Assembly (NCBI RefSeq): GCF_030684315.1
Contig: NC_081375.1
Location: 36,438,068 to 36,502,067, forward strand
Direction of reading: 5' to 3'
DNA: 64,000 bases
Source: Stegostoma tigrinum
Taxonomy: Eukaryota
A model generated the notes under the pieces. That model was not told the DNA's origin. It saw only the letters and a program-made list of their open reading frames with translations, and made no database searches. Positions 43,886 to 58,921 of the stretch are shown piece by piece (the first letter of the stretch is position 1; every line of letters starts with the position of its first letter). Position numbers and translations under genes: made by a program.

Positions 43886-44057
43886 CTAAATGGGTTGTTT
43901 TGTCCTGTATTGTGCTTTATAAAATTCAGTTCCACGCATAATGGGCCACGGTGTGTATAAGCCTAAGACCAAATGGTACACCCTTGCATTACCCCTCACT
44001 TTGTCACAGCCCTGCAGTCAATTGCATTGACATACACACCTACAGATACAGAGCTTG

Positions 44058-44262
44058 GTGAGGGGAGGGAGACAAGAATGGGGAGAGAAAGAGATAGGGA
44101 AAAGCAGAAGAGAGAGAAACAGAGTAAGATGGGTTGATGAGGAAAAGGGGGAGGAGAAGAGATAATGGGATGGGATGGAAAGAATGAGGGTGAGAAAGGG
44201 AGAAAAGTGAGTTAAGGTGTAGGTTAGATGAAGGAGAAAGTAGGTGGATCAGAGGCAGAAAG
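44058..44262 (+). repeat. Purine-rich (GA) low-complexity tract
   Basis: About 200 nt that is almost entirely G/A. Confidence 0.6.
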
Positions 44263-45595
44263 ATTGAGTGTCTTCCTTCAGGCTGTCAATGAGTTGCATA
44301 CATTAGAACATGACAACACAAACTATGATGTACAACTGGCCCAACTCTCAATGATCCTAATTTGAACATCACTTTGTATGATGGGACCATGTTACTGTAT
44401 CTGTACTGAGTGATGACAGCCATTGTTTACATTAAGTGTTTTAATTGTAGCAATAAATTAACAAGTGAGAAATAAAAGAGGACAATTGTTGAGCACCAGT
44501 TCCAGCTAGAAATGTTTGCTTCTCATGTTGATCTTCATTCCTTCAACTGAACCCAAAAATTGACAAAATGCATTGACGACTTACATTTAGAAATAACTGT
44601 GCCTTGTTGGTTAGATGATTGCAGAAAATTTAAAAGGCACAAAGAACTAAAAAGAGAGTTTGGTAAAAAAAACATAAGCTGCATCAGACTGAAGGATAGA
44701 AAGAAAATGATTTTAATTAGACAGGAAATCCTTATGGTCTTAGACAACACTGGGGGTGTTTAATATGAATGTGGAGTCAAGTAACCTACAGTAATGGGGG
44801 TGGGAGCTCTACCTAGGATTCTCACTAGTAGACTGGCTGGTCAAATGACAGTTTTCAGACCTTGATCATGCCAAGCAGCATTCTCCATTGTTGGCTTAGT
44901 CCATCAGGCAACGTAGGAGGTTCAGCTCATATCTCGCATGCGTGAGGATTTGGAAGTGGGAATATCTACATAGTCCAAGTCCTGCAATGAAGGGAAAGCT
45001 TTTCTAATTTTGCCACAAATGATAATGTTCAATGACACCAGACTGGACAGCAGCATTCATCAGTGGGTTCACACTGGACAGTGACGCTGGTCAGTGAGCA
45101 GATGGAGAGTAGCATTGGTCAGTAAGCATAGCCAAGTGTGTGACACCATAAAATAATAGGAGAGCATGTCAGAATAGTGACCAGAATATAATTTGTTTTG
45201 CATTTGTTTTGTAGCTTCGTTCTGTCCCTTCGGGATAGTGCTGGAGATCTGGATACTTGGAAATGTTTTGCTCAAAATAGGGTGTAAATATGAGTCAAAA
45301 CAACTGCAGGTCAGTTGGTTTAACTTTGGCACGAGGGAAAACCTTCAGAAACAATTATTCAGGTCAAAATTAATTAGTCACGTGGACAAATACATGAGAC
45401 TGAAGGAAAGCTAGCATGGGTCTCTTATTGGAAAATCAGGTGCACAAAGAGAGGTCAATGTGCAATATTTAAAAGGAATAGTGGCAATATGATAAAAATT
45501 GGCTGAATGACAGGTAACAGCAGTGTTGAATGGATGTTTTACAGGCTGGAAGGTGGTTTACAGTGGTGCTTCTCCTGGGTCTGCATTAAAATAGG

Positions 45596-46755
45596 GTCAT
45601 AGAGTCACATAGCGTAGAAACAGGCCCTGCAGTTGAACTTGTCCATGCTGACCAAGTTTCCCAAATTGAGCGAGTCCCACTTGCCTGCCTTGGTCCCTCC
45701 ACACCTTTCCTATTCACGTACATTTAAAAGACATTTGAATAGGGTGTAGTTATACCTGCATCTACCACTTCCTCAGTCAGTTCATTCAACAAACAAACCA
45801 CCCTGTGCAAAAATGTCACCCCTCAGATCCCTTTAAAATCTTCTTTCTCTCACCTGAAAAATATGCCCCCTAGTTGTGAACTTACACACCCTAGGGAAAA
45901 GATCTTAGCTGTTCACCTTAACTAGCTCATGATTTTCTACACCTCTAAGGCCACCCCTCAACCTCCTAACCACACAGTACAAAAAGTCCCAGCCTATCCT
46001 TATACCTGAAACCCTCCAGTCCTAGCAATATCCTAATAACATCTGAGTAAATCTTGGCTGAATCTTTGCCAATTTAATAATATCCTTTCTATAGCAAGGC
46101 AACCAGAAGTGGACACAGTACTCCAAAAGCAGTCTCACCAACGTCCTGTACAACCTCAACAGGATGTCCCCACCCCCAGAGTCAATAAACTATGCAATGA
46201 AGGCAAGCACGTTAAATACCTTCTTAACCATCCCATCGACCTGTGTGCAACTTTCAAAAGAACTACGCACCTAAATCCCTAGGTCTTTCTGTTCAAGAAC
46301 ACTACCTAGGGCATTATCATTTACTACAGAAGTCCTACCCCTGTTTGTTTTCCTGAAATGCAATTCATCCAATTTAAATTCCATTTTCCACTTCTCAGCC
46401 CATTGGACCAATTCATCAAGATCCCTTTGTAGTATTAGATAACCTTCTTCACTGTTAAGTATAACACTAATTTTGGTGTCATCTGCAAACTTACTAACTA
46501 TGCCTCTTAAATTCTCATCCAAATTGTTTATGTAAATTACAAACCAAAATGGACCTAGCACCAATCCGTATGCAACACCACTGGTTACAGGCAGTCTGAA
46601 AAAACAACGCTCCACCACCACCACCCCTGTTTCCAACCATCAAGCCAATTTTGTATTCAGTTGGCAAGCTCTCCCTTAATCCCATGTGATCTAACTTTAC
46701 TAATTAGTCTACCAAGCAGAACCTTGTCAAAAGCTTCACTAAAGTCCATGTAGGC
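45596..46755 (-). mobile_element. CR1 LINE 3' half
   Basis: VTSGVAYGLVLGP..SKFADDTKI..WAEKWKMEF. Confidence 0.85.
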
Positions 46756-46759
46756 CTAG

Positions 46760-47340
46760 ATGGGCCAAACAATTATAAAATTTGTAGATGATACGAAACT
46801 TGGAAGCATTATGAACCATGAGAATGTTGGTATAACATTTGAAAAGAACATGAAGGAGCCAAATTGGGGCACAGGTGGCAGATGAAGTTCTATGTGGAGC
46901 AATGTGAACTCTCCATCATCTTCAGAGTCAACATAAAATAAAAGGCGACAATTTGAATGTATATGTCCATATGTCACTGAAGGTGACAGAACAGGTTGAC
47001 AGTTATTAATAAAGTGTACAGTATCCCAAATTATGAATACTGACATGGAATACAAAATTGAGGCTATACTAATTTCTAATAGCTACAAATTCAGCCTCAG
47101 CTGGAATACTGTATCCAGTTCTAGGCACTACAGTTTAGGAAGAAAATGAAGGCATTGGAGAGAGAGTGAAGAAAGGATTCATAAGAATTCACCAGGAATG
47201 AGCAAAGGTCAGCTATGAAGAAAGGTTGGAGAGGTTAGAACAAATTTTCCTTGAAGAAAAGGCAACTGAAGAGATTGATAGAGGTATTAAAAATCATAAG
47301 TCAGACAGGAGTTGACAGGTTTAAAAAAAATGTTCCCACT
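46760..47340 (+). mobile_element. Decayed CR1 fragment
   Basis: IKFVDDTKL and QLEYCIQF remnants. Confidence 0.6.
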
Positions 47341-47369
47341 TATGCAAAGACCAAGAGAGCAGAGAATCA

Positions 47370-47478
47370 AAGTCTGAAACAAAAACTGAAATTGTTGGAA
47401 AAGCTCAGCAGGTCTGACAGCATCTGTGGAGAGAAATCAGAATTAATGCTTTGCCTCGAGTGACCTTGTCCTCAGAAA
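47370..47478 (-). mobile_element. PLE pseudo-LTR fragment (second family)
   Basis: Matches 21756-21862. Confidence 0.55.
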
Positions 47479-47701
47479 CCCCCAGAGTTCATTCTATTAG
47501 AAATTCAGTATAACCTCACTACTTTTTTTTATTCTATATCCCTATTCATAACTTAGGATACTGTATGCTTTATTAACAACCGTCAAACTATCCTGTCACC
47601 TTCAATGACTTAAGCGCATATACATTCAAATTGTGCCCTTTCATTCTGGTGGTGGAAGAGTTTTAGAATAAAACATTCAGAACAAAATTAATAGTCATTC
47701 G

Positions 47702-49640
47702 GACATAGAACATAGAACTGGAGAGTATAGGAATGGGCCCTCCAGGCCAAACTGTTTTGCTGAACATGATGCCAAATTAAACTAAGCCCTCCTGCCTCCC
47801 CTTGGTCCATATCCCTCCATTCCTTGAATATTCAAGTCCTTATCTAAAAGTCCCATAAACACCAGATGTATCTGCCTCCACCCACAACCAAAAGTTCTCC
47901 TCACATCTCCCTTAACTTTCCCCCTCTAATCTTAAATGCATGCCCCCTAGTATTAGAGATTTCAACTCTGGGAAAAAGATTCAGAGGGTCAACCTTATCT
48001 ATGCATCTCATAACTTTATAAACTTCTATTAAGTGCCCCCCTCAGCCTCTGTCACTCCAGGGAAAACAATGAGTTTTTCCAGCCTAACCTTAAAGTTCAT
48101 ACCCTTTAATCCAGGCTGGCATCCTGGCAAACCTCTTCTGCACCCTGTCCAAAGCCTCTACATCCTTCCTGTAATTTGGCAACCAGAACTGAATGCAATT
48201 CTCTAAATGTGGCCTACGCAAAGCCTTTATGAAGCTGCAACATGACATCCTGACTCTTGTACTTAACTCCCCAATGAATAAAAGGCAAGCATGCCATACA
48301 CTTTCCTTACCACCCTCTATACTTCATTGGCTACTTTCAGATAGAAAACTTGGTGTATAAGCCCATAAACTATGTACATCAATGCTGTTCAGAGTCCTGC
48401 CATTGATGGCATACTTGTCCTTAACATTTGATCTCCCAAGATGCAGCACTTCACACTTACCTGGATTAAACTGCATCTGCCATTCCTCCACCCATATCTT
48501 CAACTGATCTATATCCCACTGTATCCTTTGACAACTCTCCATAACTCCAATCTTTATATCTTCTGAAAACTTACCAACTCACCCGTCTACATTTTCATCC
48601 ATTTTTTAAATATATATCACAAAACAGCAGAGATTCTGGTATGGATCCCTGGGGAACATCACTAGTTACGGATATCCAGCCAGTGAAACACCGTTCCACC
48701 ACTACCCTGCGCCTTCTATGGGCAAGCCAATGGGCAAACTAATGGCCAAGTCACCATAGACACCATGCATCTCAATCTTCTGGATGAGCATACCATGAAC
48801 GACCTTATCGAAAGCCTGACTAAAATCCATGTAAACAATATCCACTGTTCTACCCTCAATCACCTCTGTCGCCTGCTCAAAAAATTCAATCAAGTTGGTC
48901 AGACATGACCTGCCTTGCATAAAGCCATGATGACTGTCCCTGATTAGGCCATGCTTTTCCAAACGCACGTGAATCCTGTCCCGAAGAGTGCTCCCCTACG
49001 CTTCCAACCACTAATGTCAGACTCACTAGTCTATACTTTGCTGGATTATCTCGGTTTTCCTTCTTGAAAAACACTAGTCAGTGGCCAGTCCTCTGGGACC
49101 TCTCTAACAGCTAGTGAGGACACAAAGGTCAAGGTCCCAGCAATCTCCTCTCTTGCGTCTCTCAATAACATGGGGTTGATATCATCAGGCCCTAGGGACT
49201 TATCCTCCACAAAACATTTTAAGACACCCAAAGCCACCTCTTGATCTCAAAAATGCCTTAGCAAATTAGCATGCCCCACACAAATCTCAGTATTCTCCAC
49301 ATCCTTGTCCTTGGTGAATACCGACACAAAGTACTCATTTAGGATCTCATCCACATCCTCTGCCTCCAAGCACAAGTTCCCTCCTTTATCCTTGAGCGGT
49401 CCTACCTTCTCCCTAGTTATCCTCTTATTTGTTAATGTATGTGTAGAATGCCTTGGGATTTGTTTTAACCCTACTTGATAAGGTCATTTCATGGCCCCTT
49501 CTTGCTTTCCTCATTCCCGTTGGAGTTCTTTCCTGCTTTCTCTATATTCCAACTTCAGCTTGCTTAAGTCTTATATGCGCTTGTTTTCTCCTTTTGAAAA
49601 AGCTCAGAACCTTCCACATTATACAAAAGGTCCCTTAACA
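47702..49640 (-). mobile_element. CR1 LINE ORF2 fragment with 3' tail
   Basis: SHHGFMQGRSCLTNLIEFF..VYMDFSQAFDKV and WQMQFNPGKCEVLHLG; (catagaa)n tail at 47703. Confidence 0.88.
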
Positions 49641-49669
49641 TTGGCATCTTTCAGTAAAGAGGATGATGA

Positions 49670-51620
49670 TGGCAGTCGTCAAGACTGATTAAGGAAAGCT
49701 GCTTGGATTTGTTAAATTTTTATTTGTGAAACCAATTTAATTGTGTTTTGGCAAACAAACTGAAAGGGTTAATGAGGGTAATATATTTGATTAAGTGCAA
49801 CATAAGCTTGGCAACACAGTTGAAGCCTGTAGAGTAGAGGAACATTGCTGGCAAGTTCTGAAATTAAACAATAGAAAACAGAAATAACGAATTTCAGATT
49901 GGAAAATGTTGTTAATTTTTAGTGGGATCTTCAAATTTATTAATGACTCGTGCAAGGCATAATTCAAAACTTTTCAAATGATAGCATTACAATCCAGCTG
50001 ATACTACGACTGGACAATCAGATTGCGAAATGAAACCTGGCTAAATAGTTTTTTTTTATTTAGTCATTTAACTGCAAAAGTGGTGGTTAGTCACTGTGAC
50101 ACATCCACATTAAGTTGCAGATATTCTTCAATAATAAAACAACTTGCCCACATAATAAATTTAAAACAAAGCAAAATATAGACGTTAGGAAGACCTCAAA
50201 ACAGTTTTCAATGCAAACCTCAATTTATTGAGATTCAAATCAGCAAAATTATATCTTTAAGCTCTATTCAACTGATCCTTCTCAGCTTCTTTCCTATAAA
50301 CTGCAGAGTCTTTATTCTTGACGACCAGAAACTGAAAGTGTAACCTTTCTTAACTCCTAATAACATAACCTGTGGTTTTCTGCTGCTGGCTTGGGAAGCT
50401 TCCCAAACTAAAAGCTTCTACTCAGGCAATACTTTTCCCCCTTAAGTGAATTCTACAGCTTTAGGAGAGCTTTTGACTTCAGCCACGTCTCCGTCCAACT
50501 CTAAAAACTTTCAATCCCCGGGTTTTTGACCGAAAATCAACTCTTGATCATTCTAAACTGAAAACAAGCTAATAGCTTTCATTTTTTTAAACTCATAAAC
50601 CATCACAACATAAACAATTTTCCATCAGTACAGCATAGTCGACAGCCACATGCTTTCTGAGCATTGTCGGATTGGGTCACTGTTCCAAAAATACTATGAC
50701 CTTGGTTTGTTTTAAAAGAAAATTCATCAACATCAATATACAACTATTTTGAAAGCCAAGTCTGACAAATTATATTACATGTTACATACCTTTTATAACA
50801 ACACAAAACTAAGAACTATTAGGAACAAAGCAGGGGGAAGTGATATTTCAAGAGGACACGGACAAGCCAATGGAATGAAGAAATTTGATGCAAAGATCTA
50901 ATACACTTTGGTAGGAACACGACAAAAAATTAAGAGGGTGCAGCAGCAGAAGGACTGAGCAGCACATGTACAGATTGTTGGTGGCAGCAAAGCTGGTTGT
51001 AAAAGTGGTTAATAAGGCATACAAGATCTAAGGCTGTAGAGGGATAGAATACAAAAAGGAAGTTAGTTAGAGTGAATGATTGTAAAAGGCTATCACAGCC
51101 TCAACTGGAACACGTGTTCAATTCTGGATAGCACACTTTTAGGAAGGAGTGAATACATGAGGGGGAGAGGCAATTCACAGGAATGGCTCCAAGGTTAAGG
51201 AACTTTAGCAATGTGAATAGATTGGAGAAATTAGAGTTGCTGCAGAGGAAGAGAAGTTGAAGGCAAATTAGTGTTCAAAATCATGATGTTCTGAACAGAG
51301 TGGAAAGAAAGAAAAAATGTTAATTGACAAAAGGAGTGAAGCACTACCTTAAAAGGTGAATAGAAGAACCACCAGAGGTGACATGATGAAAAAGTATTTT
51401 TTTTTAAAAAACAGTAAGTGGTGAGAATTTGGAACAGACATGGAAACAGTCGAAGCAAATTCAAACAAACTTTCTTCAAAACAGAATTGAGGAATTATCT
51501 AAAGTCAAAAGATTTGCAGGACTAGGGGTGGAAAGGTGGGTGGGGAGGGATCCAGCTGAATTACTCTTGTACGGCACCTGCTATATGGATAAGCTGAAAG
51601 GCCTCCTCCTGAGTTACTGG
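49670..51620 (+). mobile_element. Decayed CR1 split by an ~800-bp insertion (49980-50800, possibly a solo LTR)
   Basis: The CR1 FADDTK region is interrupted; the insert ends in ...ATAACA. Confidence 0.45.
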
Positions 51621-53289
51621 GTGTGGTGGTGATGAAAATACTGCAGATTCAATCAGTCTGGTAAATGCTGGTCAGCTGACTCAACATCTGTTCAAAAAAG
51701 AACAATTAGACATGATCCTTCACTATTTAGGCAGTAGCTTCTGTTCAAACTTCAGCTGTCTTCACAGTTGTCGCTTGTATAACTTCACACTTTTCCCTTA
51801 GATCTGTATGAAACAGACGGTTCACAGGTTGTAAGGAGGATACTGCTGGTGTCATTTTCCTATCACCACACTATTCCTTTAGAGAAAAACATACAGTGGA
51901 GAGCTGATTAACAGTTTAACAAGCTAAGATGGAAACACTCCTTCCTTACTGAACTGGACCAGCCACACAAATACAGTGGCAACAAGGCTTGATCAGGAGG
52001 CTAGAAATACTGCAGTGAGTATTCCACTTGATACCAACCAGCATACTGTTCAGTTATCTGTATGATTAGAAGCAGGATTCAAAACTTCTGTCATCTGGAT
52101 TTGAATAATGCAAAATTATAGGTTTATTAATACATCAAGACCATTAATGAGAGATAGATTTAATTATAACAAGAAAACCATGCATATTTAGCCAGCAAAT
52201 TTTCAGTTGCAAACTCTTACTTACTCTCTAGCTTGTGCATCCAAGTTCCTTATTTTCAGTATTGTTTCACTTGAGAAACCAATTGTGAGATTCTAAAGTA
52301 AACTGCTCTGAATAAAGTCAGCACTTCCATAATTGGAAAGGTCTGTGAATTAAATTTCTCTATTTCCAAACCACATGTTTGTAGCTGTTAATTTGTAAAT
52401 GCTCCTGAATTCAGAATTGCAAACATGAAACGTCAATGGTCAATGCTGGTGCACTCTCAAACAGACCATATATCCACTGAAGAATTTATATAAAGACTTT
52501 ACAAAATAAAATGCCCCAAGTATTTCAAAACAAAATACATTGTACAACCCAAGGAGATAGTGGTTCTGATGACCACAACTTCGACAGAGTTAAGTTTCAA
52601 AAGGTTAAAAGAGAAAGGGAGGGTTCAGCAGCAAAGATTAGTGTAGGAATTTCAGATTTTTGAATGTAGACAACAGAAAACAAAAAAAAATCATCAATGA
52701 TAGTGTACTTAAATTCGGGGATGCTTGAGACACTAAAGTTAAATGAAGACTCATTTTGAAAGGTTACAGGGCTGGGCAAAAATTATACGTAGGGAGAAAA
52801 GTCATGAACAATTTTAAAGCAAGAATGATAATTTTAAAATTCAGAAACTGTTTGACTAAAATCCAATGTAGGTGTGCGCACAGGTCAATAGATTAGCACA
52901 ACATTGCTGGTCTTGACCTAATTTACAAAATTTTGAAATGACCCAAGATCACTGAAGATAAAATGTGGGAGACTACCTCGGGATATTTTTGGGAACGTGG
53001 CAAAGTAGAAGAAATTCAGAGCATTGAGGGAAAAGTAGTGGTTTTGTAAGGTTTACTGAAGTGGTGCGGTAAATGGAGGTTGGGGAGGTGGTGTCTTTTT
53101 CAACCTCAAACATTTGATTTCCAAATTTGTATCTACAACTTTCATTAATATTGTAAAGTTTACTGGCAAAGAAACTTACTGGGAGGTTTAAACGACATTA
53201 AGTATCAATTAATTAAATAACACATGAAAGAAGGTAGGGCAGCTAAAGCACAGCAATTGTAGAGTGTGGGTGCTTCCAGATGCCAGCGT

Positions 53290-54740
53290 GACAAAATGCT
53301 CTTGCAATGCCAGAAGGCATTTGACAAGACTCAAAATAAAAGGCTATGACACCAAAGTAGAAGTGCATGGTGTAAGCGCTAACACATTGGCACAGACAGA
53401 AAATTGGCTGGCAGGCTGGCAAAAATAAATAAGTATTTTTCAGATCAGCACAAATTTGATGAGCAGGGTCCCTCATGAATCTATGCAGGGCCTTCTAGAT
53501 TTTAGAATTTATTTTAATGACTTAGATGAGGGGATCAAAGGCACAGGGCTAAATTTGCAGCTAACACAAAAGTAGGTGAGAAAACATATTTTGAAGATGA
53601 CAAGTAACAGACTCATAGATAGCTAGTCTTCTGCCCACTTACTTAGCCTGTTGAAGAATAATGTGGGAAAATTCTGTTCACTTCGTGAGGTAGAATAAAA
53701 CAGATTGCTCAAATAGAGAGCAAACTACAGATTTATTAGGTACTGAAACGTGTTCTAGTCCATGAACCACAAAATGTTAATTTGCAGGTGAGTGAGAAGG
53801 CTAATGGATGCTATCCTTTATGAGGACAGGAATTGAAGATTAAAAAAAAGGCATCATATTTCAGTTATATAGAGCATTGGTGAGACCACTTTTTTTAAAA
53901 AAGACTTTTCATTCATGGGATAAAGGCATCACTGGCTATGCCAGCATTAATTCCCCAGCCCACAGGACAGTTTAAGAGTCAACCACATTCCTGTGGATCT
54001 GGAATCAGGTCAGACCAGGTAAGGATGGCAGCTTCTTTCTGTAAAGAACATTAATGAACCAAATGGGGTTTTTCTGACAATTGGCAATGGATTCATGGTC
54101 ATCATTAGACTCATTGAATTCAAATTCCACCATGTGCCATGGCTGGATTCAAACATCAGTCTCTAGAACATTACCTAGGTTTTTGGATGAACAGTCTGGC
54201 AATAACATCACTAGACCATTGCCTCCCCATCTCCGATATTGCAGCAGTTTTTGGTCTTCTTCTTCAAGAATGGTTGTAGATGGGTTGGAAGTAGTTGGGA
54301 GGGCATTTATTAGATTGATACCAAGAATGAGCAGGTTGTCTTAAGATAGAATGGACAGGCTAGGCTTGTTTCCACTGCAGTTTCAAAGAGTGCGGGGGTG
54401 ATTTGATTGACGTTTACAAGAACCTGAATGGTCTTAAAATGAGATTTGGAAAGGATACTTCCTCTAGTGGAGCGGATCCTGAACTAGGGTCTGTGTTTTA
54501 TAATCAGCAAGCTCCTTTTCAAAAGAGGGGGAATTTCTTTTCCTCAGACGGTTAAGACACTTTGGATTGCTGTCTCAGAAGGTAATGGAGGCAGCATCAA
54601 TTTTTTTTCAGAAAAGTAAAAGTAGACAGATATCTGTTACCAAATCAAACAACGGTAAATGGGAATGTGGAATTTGAAACACCCATCGACCATGAGGTTA
54701 CAGAATTCTTGAGCTGGTTTGAACAACCAAAGTTGTCTCC
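53290..54740 (+). mobile_element. Decayed CR1 with a nested SacSINE-like SINE (53905-54228, minus)
   Basis: CR1 RT remnants; the SINE splits the CR1 motif GTGAGACCAC|ATCT. Confidence 0.65.
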
Positions 54741-55904
54741 TGATCATAACTTGTATGCCTGGATTCAAATCTTACCCGATAACTTCAAGCACATAATATC
54801 CTGCCTGTAATAGAACCCACTACTTATTACCCTCTTATATTCATGCGCTTGTAGACATTTTTGGTTCCAGTTTTACACTGATGGCCATTCTACTTGCATG
54901 CTCTCTCTGCTAGTCATTTTTCTTTTCCTCACTTCCACAACCTGTTGTACTTGACGTAGTTCTCCTTCGAACTAACATGGTTGTCACCACAATTTCTAAT
55001 TCCATCATTCTCCAAACAGCTCTAACTTTGGTTCTTAGGGAGGGTCCCAACTCGGCCCAACACCTGATACACCAATGCCCTCTTGCTTAAATGTTGATTG
55101 GGAGCATGTTGCAGTATGTTTCCAAATCAAATTGAAAGTAGTAGCCCCTGTATGGCCATCTGCAGACTTGCACAACTGTAACCCTCTGCAATTTTCTCCA
55201 ATACTCTTTTTTAAAATGGAGCCCAATAAAGTATGCCAAATGGCATGATCTTACCTTCTTGGCTTCTCAGCTCTAATCAGGTGAAGTCTGTCCTAACCTC
55301 AGAAACTTCACACTTACCCACACCACAATATTTTCGCATTTTGCATTTCACAACGTTACTCCCATTCCACCTACCTTTCTATTTCTCCTGGTCATTTTAA
55401 ACTTTCACACTAAGCATCAATAATCACCATTCTTTAGAACTGCATTTCCACTACTGTCACTAACATGAACATCTGAGCTTATAGATTACCAACCTTAGTT
55501 ACCACATTCAGTGCATTTATGTAGATGTTAGAAAAAGTGTGCTCACCTGTGTCAAAGGTCAGAGATAAGTGACCATTCACTTTTATCAGACAATGACTTT
55601 CTGCCTGACTACAACATAATATTGAGACTCTGGCAGGGTCATGGTCAGTCAATACTAGCCGACACTCAATTCACCAACCTCTTGACCATTTCCAGTGCTT
55701 CCCAATTCTTCTCACACAGACTCACCTACTTTTCCCAGAGCTTCTCAACTATTGTATAAATCCCATCCCTAAACACTCAATTTCCATATATCCCAATTAT
55801 TCAATGCTGCAAATCCACAATTGATCAATTAAGGAAGCAGAGCCAAATTCTCCATTATCTCTTCCTTCAAACTCATGGCCATGTAGAAAGGCAAAAGCAG
55901 GTGA

Positions 55905-58190
55905 TAATAGGAATAAATCACTGCAGATGCTGGAACCTGTACAGAAAACAACAAATGCCAGACAGCATCCACAAAGACCGAACATGCCAGAGTCCAGACA
56001 ACTCTTCAGAGCTGAGAAGAAGTGAAGAGGCAGCATTAGTGGTGGGGTTGGGGACTGGAGTGCTGTGGGAGAAAATTAAAGTGATCGGAGTGCGAGAATG
56101 GCTGAACAATGGCATGTAACTGGCAGGCTCGAAGAGACAGTCCTACTGGGATGGGAGGGGGCGATGGGAGAGGACATGGTGTCAGAGAATGTAACAAGTA
56201 AAGCTAAAAAGGAAAAGTAAGGGACAGGAGTTCGTTCATAATTTGAAGGTGCTGAATTCAATATTGAACCCAGAAAATTGCAAAGTGCCTAGTCTGAAGA
56301 AGAGATGTTGTTCCTCCAGTTTGCATTGTGATTTACTGGAATACTGCAGCATACTGAGGACAGACAAGTGGGTGTGCGAGCAGGATGCTTGTTAAAATGC
56401 TCAGCAACAGGAAAGTTGGGGTCAAGCTTGCACACAGATGGGAGTTCAGCAAAGCAGTCACCTGGTCTCTGCATTTGATTTCTCCAATGGAGAGTAGGTT
56501 ACATGGGTAATGGTACAGTTGAAACACCGCTTCACTGGGAAGGACGGCTTAGGTTTGTGGATGTTGAGCAGGGAGGTGAAGGGAGAGGCATTGCAACTTC
56601 TGCAGTTACAGGGGAAGATGCTGTGGGAAGGAGTTGATGGTAGTGGTCAAAGAATGTACTGAGGGAGAAATCCCTGCCAAATACAGAGAGGGGAAGCAGT
56701 GTTTGGTTGTAGCCTGGAGTTGGCTGAAATCACAGAGAATGATCCTTTGAAAGCAGAGGCTAGTGGGATGAAAAGTGAGGACAAGGGGGACAAGTAATGG
56801 CAAGGTGCAAGGGCAGAAGCAAGGGTGATGGGTCCCTCAACTGCATCTGACCTGTCAACAGTGAGCAGGAAACAGCATCTGAACAGATAAGGAGTTGGTG
56901 CAGGAACAGGCAGGGTGGGATGGAATCCTTGCAAAACATGGGGTGTGAACAGCTGGAGTAAAAAGGTAGCTATAGGGCTCAGTAGATTTGTAAGGGATGG
57001 CAGTGGATAGTTTATTTCCCCAAACTAGAGACAGACAGGTCAAGGAAAGGATGATGTTAAAGTTAGAGGGGTGAAAGTTGGAAATCTTGTTCATTTTTCC
57101 TCCAAAGTCCTGGCAGGAGCATGAAGTATCACTGTAACAGTTGATGTACTAAAAAAATTTGTGGGATAAGACAAGTGCAGGACTGGAACAAGGGTTGTTG
57201 CACTTACCCACTAAAGACACAAGCATAATTGGGGCCCATGCACATAGCCACTCCTTCGATTTGGCAGAAGTGAGATCTCAGCCAACTGGAGGAGCATAGT
57301 GGTTGATAAGGACAGTTCAAGCCCCTGGTCAAGGAAGAAGCTGAGAGCTCTCAAACTACCTCGGTAGGGAAAGGAGGGATAGAGAAATTGGACATCCATG
57401 GTGAAGAGCAGGCAGTTACGGCCAGGGAACTTTGATTTGGAAACCGTCAATTGTCAATAGGGAGGGTGGAGGAGGAACGGCAGATATAGACTGGTGGGGT
57501 CTGGACAAGAGGAGATGAAGTTAAGATGCAGTGCGGGAGAAACAGGCCGATACGATGGGCCTGGTTTGTGGATTTTGGGAAGGAATTACAAACAGGTTGT
57601 ACAGGATTAAGAGATAAGGATGGAGGCAACGGTGGGTGAGAGGTGTGGGCAAAGATCTCTGGATCTAGTGGAGGTCAGTAACAGTCACAACAACAGCTTG
57701 ATTCTCAGGATGAGGAATCGTGTTCTGGTTTTTCTTTGGGGGTGGGGGGCAGAAGAGGGAAAAGGAGCATGCAGTAGGAAGAAGTGTCCAACAGTTGTTC
57801 AGCAACCACAGGATCAGTGTGCCAGACTATACTAGCATTGTGGGTTAGGTAACAAAAAGTTAGGAATAGACCTGAGAAAGCAAAGTGCAGCAATTTCAGT
57901 AGGGGACAGGCCACAGCAGGAGAGAGAGGAGCTGAGAAATTGTGACAACTAATAGCATGCCAGCAGTTTTCAATGAAGAAATCAAGAATAGGCAAGAGGC
58001 CTGAGTAAGTGGTTTAAGTCAACACAGTGACTACGGGGGAGGGATTCTTGCCCAAGGAGGAAACGTGGGCACAGAAGCAGCAGAAAAAGTTTAAAATCAT
58101 GCCAAGCCCAAAACTCTAAACGTGGGGGTGTAAGAGTATGAAGAGGATCCTTTGCTGAAGGTAGCACATTCTGCCTCAACGAAGAGATTG
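55905..58190 (-). mobile_element. Decayed Penelope-like retroelement (RT, GIY-YIG and pLTR)
   Basis: Minus-strand LLFTMDVQFLYPSFP and GVAM..GPNYACVF (PLE RT); FPVAEHFN and CKLEEQHLFFRLGTL..GFNIEF (GIY-YIG C-terminus); pLTR at 55905-56010. Confidence 0.8.
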
Positions 58191-58921
58191 TTAGGAGTTA
58201 CGGTGAAAACACAGCAAGGGTTAAGGTTGCAGGAAGTGACCTGGGGGTGGGGCGTGGAGATGGGGTCCAAGGCAGAAGTGGGGGCGGGGGGGGTAAGAGG
58301 GTGGCACAGGATGAAAAATGCAATCTATAAGTTGGAGTTCCATGACGCACGGAGCGGGAGCAATACTTATATTGAGGGGATACAAGAACGAAGTGAAACT
58401 GGGGCATGGCAAAGCTTTAAGAGAGCGTGAATTGATGTTGCTGCAGTGTGGAGTCAGGTCTGCGCACATAATGGAACATAGCATTAATCATGGATCACAG
58501 AATGTGGCAGGAACAACAGTCCAAGGATCACATGTCCTGGAGTTACACGTAATCCAGGGGGATTCAAAGCACAAAGGGTGAAACTTGAGTTTAAGTCCAA
58601 GTCATTAGCAGTCACTGAGAAAGGAAACTTGGCTGTGAAGAGTGTTCTGGCAAACACCTTATCAATACCAGTGAAATGGAAAGCAAAGATGTACATGATG
58701 AAAAAGAGGTGACCAGAATTCCTGTTAGAGGGAAGAGCAAAACTTCAAGGCAGGCATTTCTCAAGATCATCTCAGCCTCAGAAGGCACTTTATAACCTTC
58801 TGGACATAATATTGAGTTCAACGCCTTCAAATTGTGAACCCACTCCCATTCCTTCTCTTCTTTTCAGCTTTGTTATATTGTCACCATGTCCTCTCTCCTC
58901 TCCCTTCCCCCAACCATAGTG

